Assembly (NCBI GenBank): GCA_040081625.1
Contig: JBEBGD010000140.1
Coordinates: 1 to 12,050 of the forward strand
Source of the DNA: Chthoniobacteraceae bacterium
GTDB lineage: Bacteria > Verrucomicrobiota > Verrucomicrobiia > Chthoniobacterales > Chthoniobacteraceae
Direction of reading: 5' to 3'
Length of the DNA stretch: 12,050 nucleotides
Shown here one piece after another: positions 1-7,169 of this stretch (the first letter of the stretch is position 1; the number at the start of each line of letters is the position of its first letter). Below the pieces are notes generated by a model, which searched no databases, was not told where the DNA came from, and saw nothing but the letters and a program-made list of their open reading frames with translations. Position numbers and translations under genes: made by a program.

Positions 1-255
1 CCCCGGCGCGATCGCCGCCTCGAACCCCTCCAGCCCCGCGCCGAGCCGCTCGCCGCGCTGCTTCTTCACCACATGCACGAGCCGCGAATCCATCTTCCGC
101 TGCACCGGCGAACGCGCCGCCTTCTCCGTCTGCAAAAGCTCGATCTGCGAGCGCACGGCCGCGTTCAATGCCACGGGCTGTTGCGCAAAGGCGCCGCCGC
201 ACCAAATGATCGCAAGGATGCACGTGAGGAACAGGCGGTTCGGGGGGAGGCGCAT
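1..255 (-). CDS. N-terminal fragment of a secreted protein, probably an S8 (subtilisin-family) peptidase precursor; runs off the left edge
   Basis: Not in the ORF track. Manual translation from ATG at 255 is open to position 1: MRLPPNRLFLTCILAIIWCGGAFA|QQPVALNAAVRSQIELLQTEKAARSPVQRKMDSRLVHVVKKQRGERLGAGLEGFEAAIAPG. It has a basic N-terminus, hydrophobic core and an AFA signal peptidase I site. QIxxLxxEKxxRxPxQRKxDSxL resembles, from memory, the N-terminal pro-region of S8 peptidases. The catalytic domain is outside the window, so the product call is weaker than the CDS call. Confidence 0.7.
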   Translation of the reverse strand, partial: MRLPPNRLFLTCILAIIWCGGAFAQQPVALNAAVRSQIELLQTEKAARSPVQRKMDSRLVHVVKKQRGERLGAGLEGFEAAIAPG

Positions 256-298
256 CCGGCGCACTAAAGGAGGGCGTCGGGCCGTTCAAGCGGAACAT

Positions 299-343
299 GT
301 GTGCAGCGGCGCCCGCGGACCGTCGCGGCGCGTCGAAGCACAC
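299..343. repeat. Intergenic imperfect inverted repeat (REP-like hairpin, about 18 bp of stem)
   Basis: GTGTGC(299-304)/GCACAC(338-343), CGGCGC(307-312)/GCGTCG(330-335), CCGCGG(313-318)/TCGCGG(323-328), loop ACCG. No adjacent U-tract on either strand. Confidence 0.55.
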
Positions 344-372
344 TCGCCTTCACCCGAAGCAACAAACCGTCC

Positions 373-1161
373 CTACCCAGCGCGCGGCGGCAGATGTTCC
401 GCGCAGTATTCCTCGCCGTCGCCGGCGACCCGGAACTCGAGCTCCGGCGTCGTGTCTTCGGTGCGACCGCAGACGTGGCAGCGGTGGAGCGCATCGCCTT
501 GCGCGTCCCGCTGGTCATTCTCGAAACGCATCCGGCGCTCGCTGACTTCGCGATGCGTGCGCGCCTGCTCATAGAGTTCGCGGCCGAAGAAGACGAAGAA
601 GTTCAGCAACGCGGCGATCGTCGCGAGGCGCTGCGTCCAGCCGGAGATGAAGAGGCCGTAGATGAGCGCCGCGCCGGTGATCCACGCGAGCCACTTCACC
701 TTCACCGGCAGCACGAACATGAAGAGAATCGTCGTGTCCGGATAGAACCGCGCGAAGGCGAGGAGCAGGGAGGTGTTGAGCATGAAGCCGGCGGGATCGC
801 CGTTGGCGAGGAGCGCCGCGATGGTCGTGCCAATCATCCCGAGGAGGTAATACGCGTTCAGCCGGAACGCGCCCCACGCCTTCTCGAGTCCGTCGCCGAC
901 CCAGAGCATGTAGAGGACGTAGAATCCCATCGTGAGCCAGTCGGGGAAAAGGCCGCCGAGGCGGGGAACAAAGATGTAGCTCAGCAGCCGCCACACTTCG
1001 CCCTGGAGGACCAGGTCGCGATCGAGCACGAGGAAGGCGATGTAGCCCGGATTGAACTGAACGAGCACAAAGCACAGCGCATTGAGCGCCGCGACGTAGC
1101 GCAGCAGGCCGGGGATGGCCCAGTGGCCGTATTTGGATTCGAGTTGGTCGAGAATGGACAC
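373..1161 (-). CDS. Rhomboid/Derlin-superfamily integral membrane protein with a C-terminal Cys/His Zn-finger (262 aa)
   Basis: Start corrected to GTG at 1161 (MSILDQLESKYGHWAIPGL); the ORF-track extension to 1254 reads through the heptamer repeats. About six hydrophobic segments, the L1-loop WR motif (QGEVWRLLSYIF), LPVKVKWLA, and C-terminal HRCHVCGRT...EEYCAEHL. Confidence 0.8.
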   Translation of the reverse strand: MSILDQLESKYGHWAIPGLLRYVAALNALCFVLVQFNPGYIAFLVLDRDLVLQGEVWRLLSYIFVPRLGGLFPDWLTMGFYVLYMLWVGDGLEKAWGAFRLNAYYLLGMIGTTIAALLANGDPAGFMLNTSLLLAFARFYPDTTILFMFVLPVKVKWLAWITGAALIYGLFISGWTQRLATIAALLNFFVFFGRELYEQARTHREVSERRMRFENDQRDAQGDALHRCHVCGRTEDTTPELEFRVAGDGEEYCAEHLPPRAG

Positions 1162-1169
1162 AGGAACGT

Positions 1170-1197
1170 GTTGAATGTTGAGAGTTGAGAGTTGAGA
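1170..1197 (-). repeat. Tandem heptamer array, four units (GTTGAAT, GTTGAGA x3 on +; TCTCAAC x3, ATTCAAC on -)
   Basis: Read directly: 1170-1176 GTTGAAT; 1177-1183, 1184-1190 and 1191-1197 GTTGAGA. On the - strand the array ends 8 nt before the GTG at 1161. Confidence 0.9.
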
Positions 1198-1241
1198 GCC
1201 GCGTGCTCTTAGCGGCAGACTCGCACTCGCGCCGGGTGTTC

Positions 1242-1269
1242 TCTCACCTTTCACCTCTCAACTCTCAAC
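1242..1269 (+). repeat. Tandem heptamer array, four units (TCTCACC, TTTCACC, TCTCAAC, TCTCAAC), inverted relative to 1170-1197
   Basis: Read directly; the last unit ends at 1269, immediately before the TTG start of gcvT at 1270. Confidence 0.9.
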
Positions 1270-2373
1270 TTGTCTCTCAAACAAACTCCACTCCACGACG
1301 AACACGTGCGGCTCGGCGCGCGGATGGTTGATTTCGGTGGCTGGCACATGCCGGTGCAATACGCCGGCATCCTCGACGAGCACGCCACGGTGCGCACGGC
1401 GCTCGGCGTCTTCGACATCTCGCACATGGGGCAGTTCTTCGTGCGCGGCGCGGGGGCGCTCGAGTGGCTGAACCGGATGCTCACGAACAACGTCGCGCGG
1501 CTCGAGGTGGGCGAAGGCCAATACACTTTCCTGCTCAACGACGCCGGCGGCGTGATCGACGATCTCATCATCTACCGGCTCTCCGGCGACTCGTGGCTGC
1601 TCGTCGTGAATGCGGCGAAGATCGACGAGGACTTCGCGTGGATGGAGTCGCACCTCGCGGACGGCGTCGAGCTGGAAAACCATAGCGCCACGTGGTGCGG
1701 CATCGCCATCCAGGGGCCGCGCGCCGCGCAGCTCTTCGACGCGTTCTTCGGCGGCAAGCACTCGCGCCCGGCGCGCAATCATCTCGTCGCCATCGAGATC
1801 GACGGGCTCCCGTATTACATCTGCCGCACCGGCTACACCGGCGAGGACGGCTTCGAGGTCTTCTGCCCCGCCGAGCGCGCCGTGAAGTCGTGGAACGACG
1901 TGCTAAAGCGCGGCGAACAATTCGGCATCAAGCCCTGCGGCCTCGGCGCGCGCGACACGCTGCGCCTGGAAATGTGCTACCCGCTCAACGGCTCGGACCT
2001 CGCGCCCGATCGCACCCCGCTCGAGGCCGGCCTCTCGATCTTCGTCGATCTGAACAAGCCCGACTTCATCGGACGCGCCGTGCTCGACCAGCAAAAGAGC
2101 GCCGGCATCCCGCGCCGCCTCGTGCCGCTCAAGGTCGTCGGCGCCGCACCGCCGCTGCGCGCGCACTACGCCGTCTTCAAGGGCGGCCAGCAAGTCGGCG
2201 AGCTGTGCAGCGGCACGCTCAGCCCGACGCTCAAGACCGGCATCGGCCTCGCCTACGTGCCGAGCGAGCACGCGCGCATCGGCGAGGAATTCGACATCGA
2301 CATCCGCGGCCGGCGCTTCCCCGCGCGCATCGAGAAGAAACCATTCTACCGACCCCAACCATCCGACCAATGA
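1270..2373 (+). CDS. gcvT: Glycine cleavage system T protein (aminomethyltransferase), 367 aa, TTG start
   Basis: LKQTPLH..H..LGARMVDFGGWHMPVQY, GVFDISHMG, GGVIDDLIIYR, LLVVNAA, RTGYTGEDGFE, PCGLGARDTLRLE, SGTLSPTL and terminal KPFY. The stop overlaps the gcvH start (ATGA, 2370-2373). Confidence 0.97.
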   Translation: MSLKQTPLHDEHVRLGARMVDFGGWHMPVQYAGILDEHATVRTALGVFDISHMGQFFVRGAGALEWLNRMLTNNVARLEVGEGQYTFLLNDAGGVIDDLIIYRLSGDSWLLVVNAAKIDEDFAWMESHLADGVELENHSATWCGIAIQGPRAAQLFDAFFGGKHSRPARNHLVAIEIDGLPYYICRTGYTGEDGFEVFCPAERAVKSWNDVLKRGEQFGIKPCGLGARDTLRLEMCYPLNGSDLAPDRTPLEAGLSIFVDLNKPDFIGRAVLDQQKSAGIPRRLVPLKVVGAAPPLRAHYAVFKGGQQVGELCSGTLSPTLKTGIGLAYVPSEHARIGEEFDIDIRGRRFPARIEKKPFYRPQPSDQ

Positions 2374-2750
2374 GCAACGTCCCCACCGACCTCCGTTACG
2401 CCGCCAGCCATGAATGGGTCCGCCTCGCCGGCGACTCCGCGACCGTGGGAATCTCCGATCACGCGCAAGCCGAGCTGACCGACATCGTCTATGTCGAGCT
2501 GCCCAAAGTCGGCGCCGCCGTCAAAGCCGGGCAGCAGGTCTGCGTGGTGGAGAGCGTGAAAGCTGCGAGCGACATCTACGCGCCGGTCGGCGGCACGATC
2601 AGCGCGGTGAATGACGCGCTCGGCAGCAATCCCGCGCTGCTCAACACCGACCCGTATGGCGGGGGCTGGATCTTCAAGCTCAACGGCGTCAGCGCCGACG
2701 AAGCCGCGTCGCTCAAGTCGCCAGCCGACTACTCCGCGCAGCTCGGCTGA
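2370..2750 (+). CDS. gcvH: Glycine cleavage system H protein (lipoyl carrier), 126 aa
   Basis: True start is ATG 2370 inside track ORF 1692..2750: MSNVPTDLRYAASHEWV, VGISDHAQ, DIVYVELP, lipoyl-lysine motif VESVKAASDIYAP, NTDPYGGGWIFK. Confidence 0.97.
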   Translation: MSNVPTDLRYAASHEWVRLAGDSATVGISDHAQAELTDIVYVELPKVGAAVKAGQQVCVVESVKAASDIYAPVGGTISAVNDALGSNPALLNTDPYGGGWIFKLNGVSADEAASLKSPADYSAQLG

Positions 2751-2757
2751 GCGCGCG

Positions 2758-5079
2758 TCAGCGATAGATCAGGAATTTCTCCCGGCGCTCGCGGAACCGC
2801 TCGCGCTCGCCGGCCCACAGCGCCTTCACAGCGGCCAGCGATTCACCCGAGCGGATCGCGGCGAGGCTCGCCGGATGCGCGAGCAGTTTGCCGAGCCGCT
2901 CGATCTTCAACTCCTGCGGATGCATCCGATGCAGCGTCGTCGCGAGCACGACGCCGAGATCGAGCGGGCTGAAGGCATCGCGAGCGGTCACGAGCAGTTG
3001 CACACCCGCGCACTCCTGCCCGGCGAAGGCGCTCGCGCGCGGCGTGAACCGCGCCGGGATCGCCCGCACACCCGGCAGCCCGGCGGCATTGATCGCGGCG
3101 GCCAACGCGCGGTCATCGATGTAGGGAGCGCCGAGCAACTCGAACGGCCGATCCGTGCCGCGCCCGACGCTCACATTGCAGAACTCGATCAGGCCGACGC
3201 CCGGGTAGAGCGTCGCCGCGGTGAGATTGCGCATGTTCGGTGATGGGTCGATCCACGGCAGCGCGGTCTCGTCGAACCACGCGCCGCGACTCCACCCCTC
3301 GCAAGCAACGACAGTCAGATCGACGCCCGGCGCGCGCTCCGCGGCAAACATCTTCGCCAGCTCCCCGACCGTCATGCCGTGGCGCACGGGCAGTTCGTGC
3401 CACGCGGTGAAGCTCCGCTCGCCCGCGAGCATCGGGCCTTCGACTCGCGCGCCGGTGATCGGGTTTGGGCGATCGAGCACGATGAACTTCTTCCCGGCAC
3501 GCTGCGCCGCGGTGAGGCATTCGCCGAGCGTCGAGATGTAGGTGTAGAAGCGGCAGCCAACGTCGGCGATGTCGAAGACCAGCGCGTCGAGTCCGGCGAG
3601 TTGCTCCGCGGTCGGCGTTCGCTTTTCGCCGTAGAGACTGTGAATTGGCAGGCCCGTGCGCTCGTCGCGACTGTCGGCGATCTTCTCGTCGAGCGTGCCG
3701 CGCAAGCCGTGCTCCGGGCTGAAGAGCGCGACGAGTTGCACGTCGGGGGCCTTGTGCAGCAGATCGATCGTCGCGCGCCGCTCGCGATCGATGCCCGTAT
3801 GATTCGTGATCAGGCCGATCTTCATCCCACGCAGCGCGGCGAAGCGATCGCGCGCGAGGACGTCGATGCCGGCGAGCACCGGCGTCGTCGAGGACGCGGT
3901 CGGCGCGCTGGCGGACGTGCCGCCGGGTTGCCACGCGAGCGCGCCGGGAACGTGGAGGAAATTAAAATCGCGCACCGCTTCCGCCGCGAGCGTGCCGATG
4001 ACCCGCCGCAACGGCTGGACGTTGCCCGACTCGGTCGGGTGATTGCGATTCGAGAGGAAGATCACGAACGTCTCGCTGAACGGATCGATCCAGACCGAGG
4101 TGCCGGTCCAGCCGGTGTGGCCGAAGCTGCCCAACGGGAACCAGCTTCCACGCGGCCCGGAGTAGGATGAATCGATGTCCCAGCCGAGCCCGCGCCGCCC
4201 GGCGATCTGCGCGGGTGTCTGCACGCCCGTCATCAGCGCGACGGATTCGGGCGAGAGAATCTTCCCGCCGCGCGCGAGCAGCATCCGCGCAAAGCGCGCG
4301 AGGTCAGCCGCCGTCGTGAACAGCCCCGCGTGCCCCGCGACACCGCCCATGCGGCGCGCCGTCGGATCGTGAACGACGCCACGCGCCACGTCGCGCGTGG
4401 TCGGTGCGACGCGCGCGTGGAGCGCCCCGGCGGGCCGAAACGAAGTGTCGCGCATTTCCAGAGGCGCGAAGATTTCCGCGGCGCAAAACTGATCGAGCGG
4501 CTGCCCGCTCACGCGCGCGACGAGTGCGCCGAGCACGATGAAATTGATGTCGCTGTAACGCAGCACCGAGCCCGGCGCATCGGGCAGCGGCTGCGCACAC
4601 GCGAGCGCGAGCGCCGCGTCGGCGCCAGTCCACTCCGGCTTTTGTGGAAGGCCCGGTCGCAGGCCGGAGGTGTGCGTGAGCAGCTGCCGCACGGTGATCG
4701 TCTCTTTGCCCGCGCCGCGAAACTCCGGCAGGTAAACGCTCACCGGCTTCTCGATTTCGACGCGCCCTTTTTCCACAAGCCGCATCAGCGCAGTCGTCGT
4801 CGCGATGACCTTTGTCAGCGATGCCGCGTCGAAGATCGTGTCCTCCCTCATCGCTTCGCGTTGCGGCTCGATCGCGCGCTGGCCGAAGGCGCGGTGATAC
4901 GCCACACCGCGCCGTTCGAGCCAGAGCACGCTGCCCGGACAGCGCCCGTCGCTGATCGCGAGCGAAATCGCCGCGTCGATCTGCGCGAGCGAGTCGGCGT
5001 GAAAGGCCCGCGTGGGATCATCCGCCGCAGCGACTGCGACGAACGAAATCAGGACGGCGGCGATGCGGTGCGCTTTCAT
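2758..5079 (-). CDS. Secreted fusion protein: N-terminal beta-lactamase-family serine hydrolase (AmiE/YbbE-like) plus C-terminal DUF1343/NamZ exo-beta-N-acetylmuramidase domain (773 aa)
   Basis: Signal peptide MKAHRIAAVLISFVAVAAA. Hydrolase motifs: FDAASLTK (S87xxK90), LLTHTSG, RYSDINF, GVVHDP, GHAGLF, GHTGWTG. Linker GGTSASAPTASSTTP. NamZ motifs: GLITNHTG, FSPEHG, HSLYG, DIADVGCRFYTY, LDRPNP, RHGMTVGE, PSPNM, SVGRGTDRPFE. Confidence 0.9.
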   Translation of the reverse strand: MKAHRIAAVLISFVAVAAADDPTRAFHADSLAQIDAAISLAISDGRCPGSVLWLERRGVAYHRAFGQRAIEPQREAMREDTIFDAASLTKVIATTTALMRLVEKGRVEIEKPVSVYLPEFRGAGKETITVRQLLTHTSGLRPGLPQKPEWTGADAALALACAQPLPDAPGSVLRYSDINFIVLGALVARVSGQPLDQFCAAEIFAPLEMRDTSFRPAGALHARVAPTTRDVARGVVHDPTARRMGGVAGHAGLFTTAADLARFARMLLARGGKILSPESVALMTGVQTPAQIAGRRGLGWDIDSSYSGPRGSWFPLGSFGHTGWTGTSVWIDPFSETFVIFLSNRNHPTESGNVQPLRRVIGTLAAEAVRDFNFLHVPGALAWQPGGTSASAPTASSTTPVLAGIDVLARDRFAALRGMKIGLITNHTGIDRERRATIDLLHKAPDVQLVALFSPEHGLRGTLDEKIADSRDERTGLPIHSLYGEKRTPTAEQLAGLDALVFDIADVGCRFYTYISTLGECLTAAQRAGKKFIVLDRPNPITGARVEGPMLAGERSFTAWHELPVRHGMTVGELAKMFAAERAPGVDLTVVACEGWSRGAWFDETALPWIDPSPNMRNLTAATLYPGVGLIEFCNVSVGRGTDRPFELLGAPYIDDRALAAAINAAGLPGVRAIPARFTPRASAFAGQECAGVQLLVTARDAFSPLDLGVVLATTLHRMHPQELKIERLGKLLAHPASLAAIRSGESLAAVKALWAGERERFRERREKFLIYR

Positions 5080-5097
5080 GGGCGCGCATCTTTGCGC

Positions 5098-5122
5098 CGA
5101 TCCGCGCCCGCGGCGAGGATCG
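5098..5122. other. GC-rich hairpin between typA and the NamZ fusion (possible weak terminator or processing site)
   Basis: CGATCC(5098-5103)/GGATCG(5117-5122) plus CGCC(5105-5108)/GGCG(5112-5115); it begins 17 nt after the typA stop. No U-tract follows on the - strand. Confidence 0.35.
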
Positions 5123-5139
5123 AACGCGAGGCCGCCTGC

Positions 5140-6951
5140 CTACACTTTCACCGACCGCTTCCGGGCGTTGGCTTCGAGGATCTTTTTCCGGAGGCGCAGG
5201 CTCTTGGGCGTCGCCTCGACGTATTCGTCGGGCGCGATGTATTCGAGGCTGCGCTCGAGGCTCATCTTCAGCGGCGGCGCGAGGCTGATGCCCTTGCCGT
5301 CGCCCTGGCTGCGCATGTTCGTGAGCTTCTTTGCGCGGCACGGGTTCACGGGCATGTCATCCGGTCGTGCATTCTCGCCGATGATCATGCCCTCGTAGAT
5401 TTCTTCCTGCGGCGCGATGAAAAGGCGGCCGCGCTCCTGGATCGTGTCGAGCGAGTAGGCGGTTGACATGCCGCCTTCCATCGCCACGAGCACGCCGTTG
5501 TTGCGGGTCGGGATTTCGCCGCGGTGAGGGCCGTATTCCTTGAAGAGGTGCGACATGATGCCGTGGCCCTTGGTCACGTTCACGAGGTCGGTCTCGAAGC
5601 CGATGAGGCCGCGGGTCGGGATGACGGCGTGGAGCAAGACGCTGTGGGTCTGGTGATCCATGCCGACGATGTCGGCCTTTCGCGCGGCGAGGTTCTGCAT
5701 GATGTCGCCGAGGTTTTCATTCGGGAGATCGACGGAGAGATTCTCCAGCGGCTCGACGAGGGAGCCCTGCGCGTCTCGCTTGAAGATGACCTCGGGCCGG
5801 GAAACGAGAATCTCAAAACCTTCGCGGCGCATTTGCTCGACGAGCACGGCGATCTGCATTTCGCCACGGGCCTGGATCTCGAAGTGACCCGCGATGTCGG
5901 TGTCGTTCAGGATGATTGAGACGTTCGTGCGGGTCTCGCGCACGAGTCGCTCGCGAATCTGTCGGGCGGTCAGCAGCTTGCCTTCGCGTCCGGCGAGCGG
6001 GCCGTCGTTGATGCAAATCTTCATCGTGATCGTCGGCGGATCGAGATCGACGAAGGGCAGCGGCAGCCGCTCCTCGGTGTCGGTGATCGTCTCGCCGATG
6101 AAGACGTCCTCGAAGCCGCACAGCCCGATGATGTCGCCGGCGCTCGCGTTCTTGATCTCGATTTTCTGCAATCCCTCGTGGGAGAAGATGGCCGTCACGT
6201 TTGCGCGTTCGCGCCGCCCGTCGCCGTGGATGCAGACGACCGTGTCGCCGACCTTCACGCGGCCGCTCACGATTCGCCCGTAGGCGATCCGGCCGAGGTA
6301 ATCCGAGTAGTCGAGATTCGAGACGAGGAACTGGAAGTAGTGGACGCTGCTCTCGGCGGGCGCCGGGATTTTCTCGATGATCGCCTCGTAGAGCGGCGTC
6401 ATGTCATCGTTCGGCTGGTCGATCTCGCGCATCGCGTAGCCGTCGCGCGCGGAGGTGTAGATGACGGGGAAATCGAGCTGCGCGTCGGTGGCGTTGAGCT
6501 CGAGGAAAAGCTCGAACACCATGTCGAGCACCTTGTGCGGGCGGGCGTTCTCGCGGTCGATCTTGTTGATGACCACGATCGGCTTGGCGCCGTTATCGAA
6601 CGCCTTCTTGAGCACGAATTTCGTCTGTGCCTGCGGCCCGTCGTGGGCGTCCACGACCAGCAGCACGCCGTCGATCATCTTCATGATGCGCTCGACTTCG
6701 CCGCCGAAATCGGCGTGGCCGGGAGTATCGACGATGTTGACGTGGTAGTCGTGCCAGCGGAAGGCGGCGTTCTTGGCGCGGATGGTGATGCCCTTTTCCT
6801 TTTCGAGGTCCATGGAGTCCATGAGGCGCACCTCGTTGGTCTCGTGCTGGTTTGCGCGGAAGGTTCCCGCTTGCTTGAGGAGCTGATCGACGAGCGTGGT
6901 CTTGCCGTGGTCAACGTGGGCGATGATTGCGATATTTCGGATGTGTTGCAT
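5140..6951 (-). CDS. typA: Translational GTPase TypA/BipA (50S assembly factor), 603 aa
   Basis: Start corrected to ATG 6951 (MQHIRNIAIIAHVDHGKTTLVD). G-motifs: KGITI, DTPGHADFGGEVER, NKID, SAR. Also ARGEMQIAVLVEQMRREGFE, PTRGLIGF, YEGMIIGEN, KKLTNMRS and the BipA C-terminus EYVEATPKSLRLRKKIL. Confidence 0.97.
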   Translation of the reverse strand: MQHIRNIAIIAHVDHGKTTLVDQLLKQAGTFRANQHETNEVRLMDSMDLEKEKGITIRAKNAAFRWHDYHVNIVDTPGHADFGGEVERIMKMIDGVLLVVDAHDGPQAQTKFVLKKAFDNGAKPIVVINKIDRENARPHKVLDMVFELFLELNATDAQLDFPVIYTSARDGYAMREIDQPNDDMTPLYEAIIEKIPAPAESSVHYFQFLVSNLDYSDYLGRIAYGRIVSGRVKVGDTVVCIHGDGRRERANVTAIFSHEGLQKIEIKNASAGDIIGLCGFEDVFIGETITDTEERLPLPFVDLDPPTITMKICINDGPLAGREGKLLTARQIRERLVRETRTNVSIILNDTDIAGHFEIQARGEMQIAVLVEQMRREGFEILVSRPEVIFKRDAQGSLVEPLENLSVDLPNENLGDIMQNLAARKADIVGMDHQTHSVLLHAVIPTRGLIGFETDLVNVTKGHGIMSHLFKEYGPHRGEIPTRNNGVLVAMEGGMSTAYSLDTIQERGRLFIAPQEEIYEGMIIGENARPDDMPVNPCRAKKLTNMRSQGDGKGISLAPPLKMSLERSLEYIAPDEYVEATPKSLRLRKKILEANARKRSVKV

Positions 6952-7077
6952 GTGGTTATTCGACTCGTCGTCTCCGTCGTTCATCGTCGGCTTCATCCTT
7001 CCACGCCCTGAAGGGTCGCGAAACGATGAAGATGAGGATAGCCGGCGAAACGAGAGGGCCGTGGAAAAAGGGCGCGG

Positions 7078-7105
7078 ACTATGGCACCGGCTTTCGAAGC
7101 GTCAA
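7078..7105 (-). promoter_or_regulatory. Putative sigma70-type promoter of typA
   Basis: On the - strand: TTGACG (7105-7100), 16 nt ending in TGC (extended -10 TGn), CATAGT (7083-7078), then a GC-rich discriminator CCGCGCCC and TTTTT. Implies a leader of about 120 nt. Confidence 0.6.
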
Positions 7106-7110
7106 CGGGA

Positions 7111-7122
7111 GTGACGTGTCAC
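7111..7122. promoter_or_regulatory. Palindrome GTGAC-GT-GTCAC between two divergent -35 boxes; candidate operator
   Basis: Perfect 5-bp arms, located between the -35 at 7100-7105 (-) and the -35 at 7141-7146 (+). Short enough to occur by chance. Confidence 0.3.
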
Positions 7123-7140
7123 CTTTGATGGCGAAACGAG

Positions 7141-7169
7141 TTGACCCAGCGCGCGACCCTGCGAACTCT
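7141..7169 (+). promoter_or_regulatory. Putative sigma70-type promoter of the small basic protein / NYN nuclease unit
   Basis: TTGACC (7141-7146), 17 nt, AACTCT (7164-7169; weak -10 retaining A2 and T6), then CCCGCCC and ACTTTTTTATTCA before ATG 7190. Confidence 0.45.

Noticed and set aside
1162..1269. Glycine riboswitch upstream of gcvT
   Set aside because: Only 108 bp, over half of it heptamer repeats; no recognisable aptamer core (GGAGA...CCGAAG...CTCTCAGG).
1170..1269. CRISPR array or IS terminal inverted repeats
   Set aside because: Units are 7 bp with no unique spacers, there is no cas or transposase gene in the window, and I saw no target-site duplication.
1692..2369. Apparent N-terminal extension of GcvH (352-aa ORF) or a gcvT-gcvH frameshift fusion
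   Set aside because: Arg-rich off-frame read of gcvT. GcvH homology starts at ATG 2370 in an ordinary ATGA overlap, and no slippery site is evident.
3930..5079. Antibiotic-resistance beta-lactamase
   Set aside because: YSD, HDP, GHAGLF and GHTG motifs plus fusion to NamZ point to the AmiE/esterase-like branch, not a class C beta-lactamase.
6952..6996. Longer TypA start (MKPTMNDGDDESNNH) or a leader peptide
   Set aside because: TypA proteins normally begin a few residues before IRNIAIIAH, and these codons are one arm of the leader hairpin. Not fully excluded without Ribo-seq.
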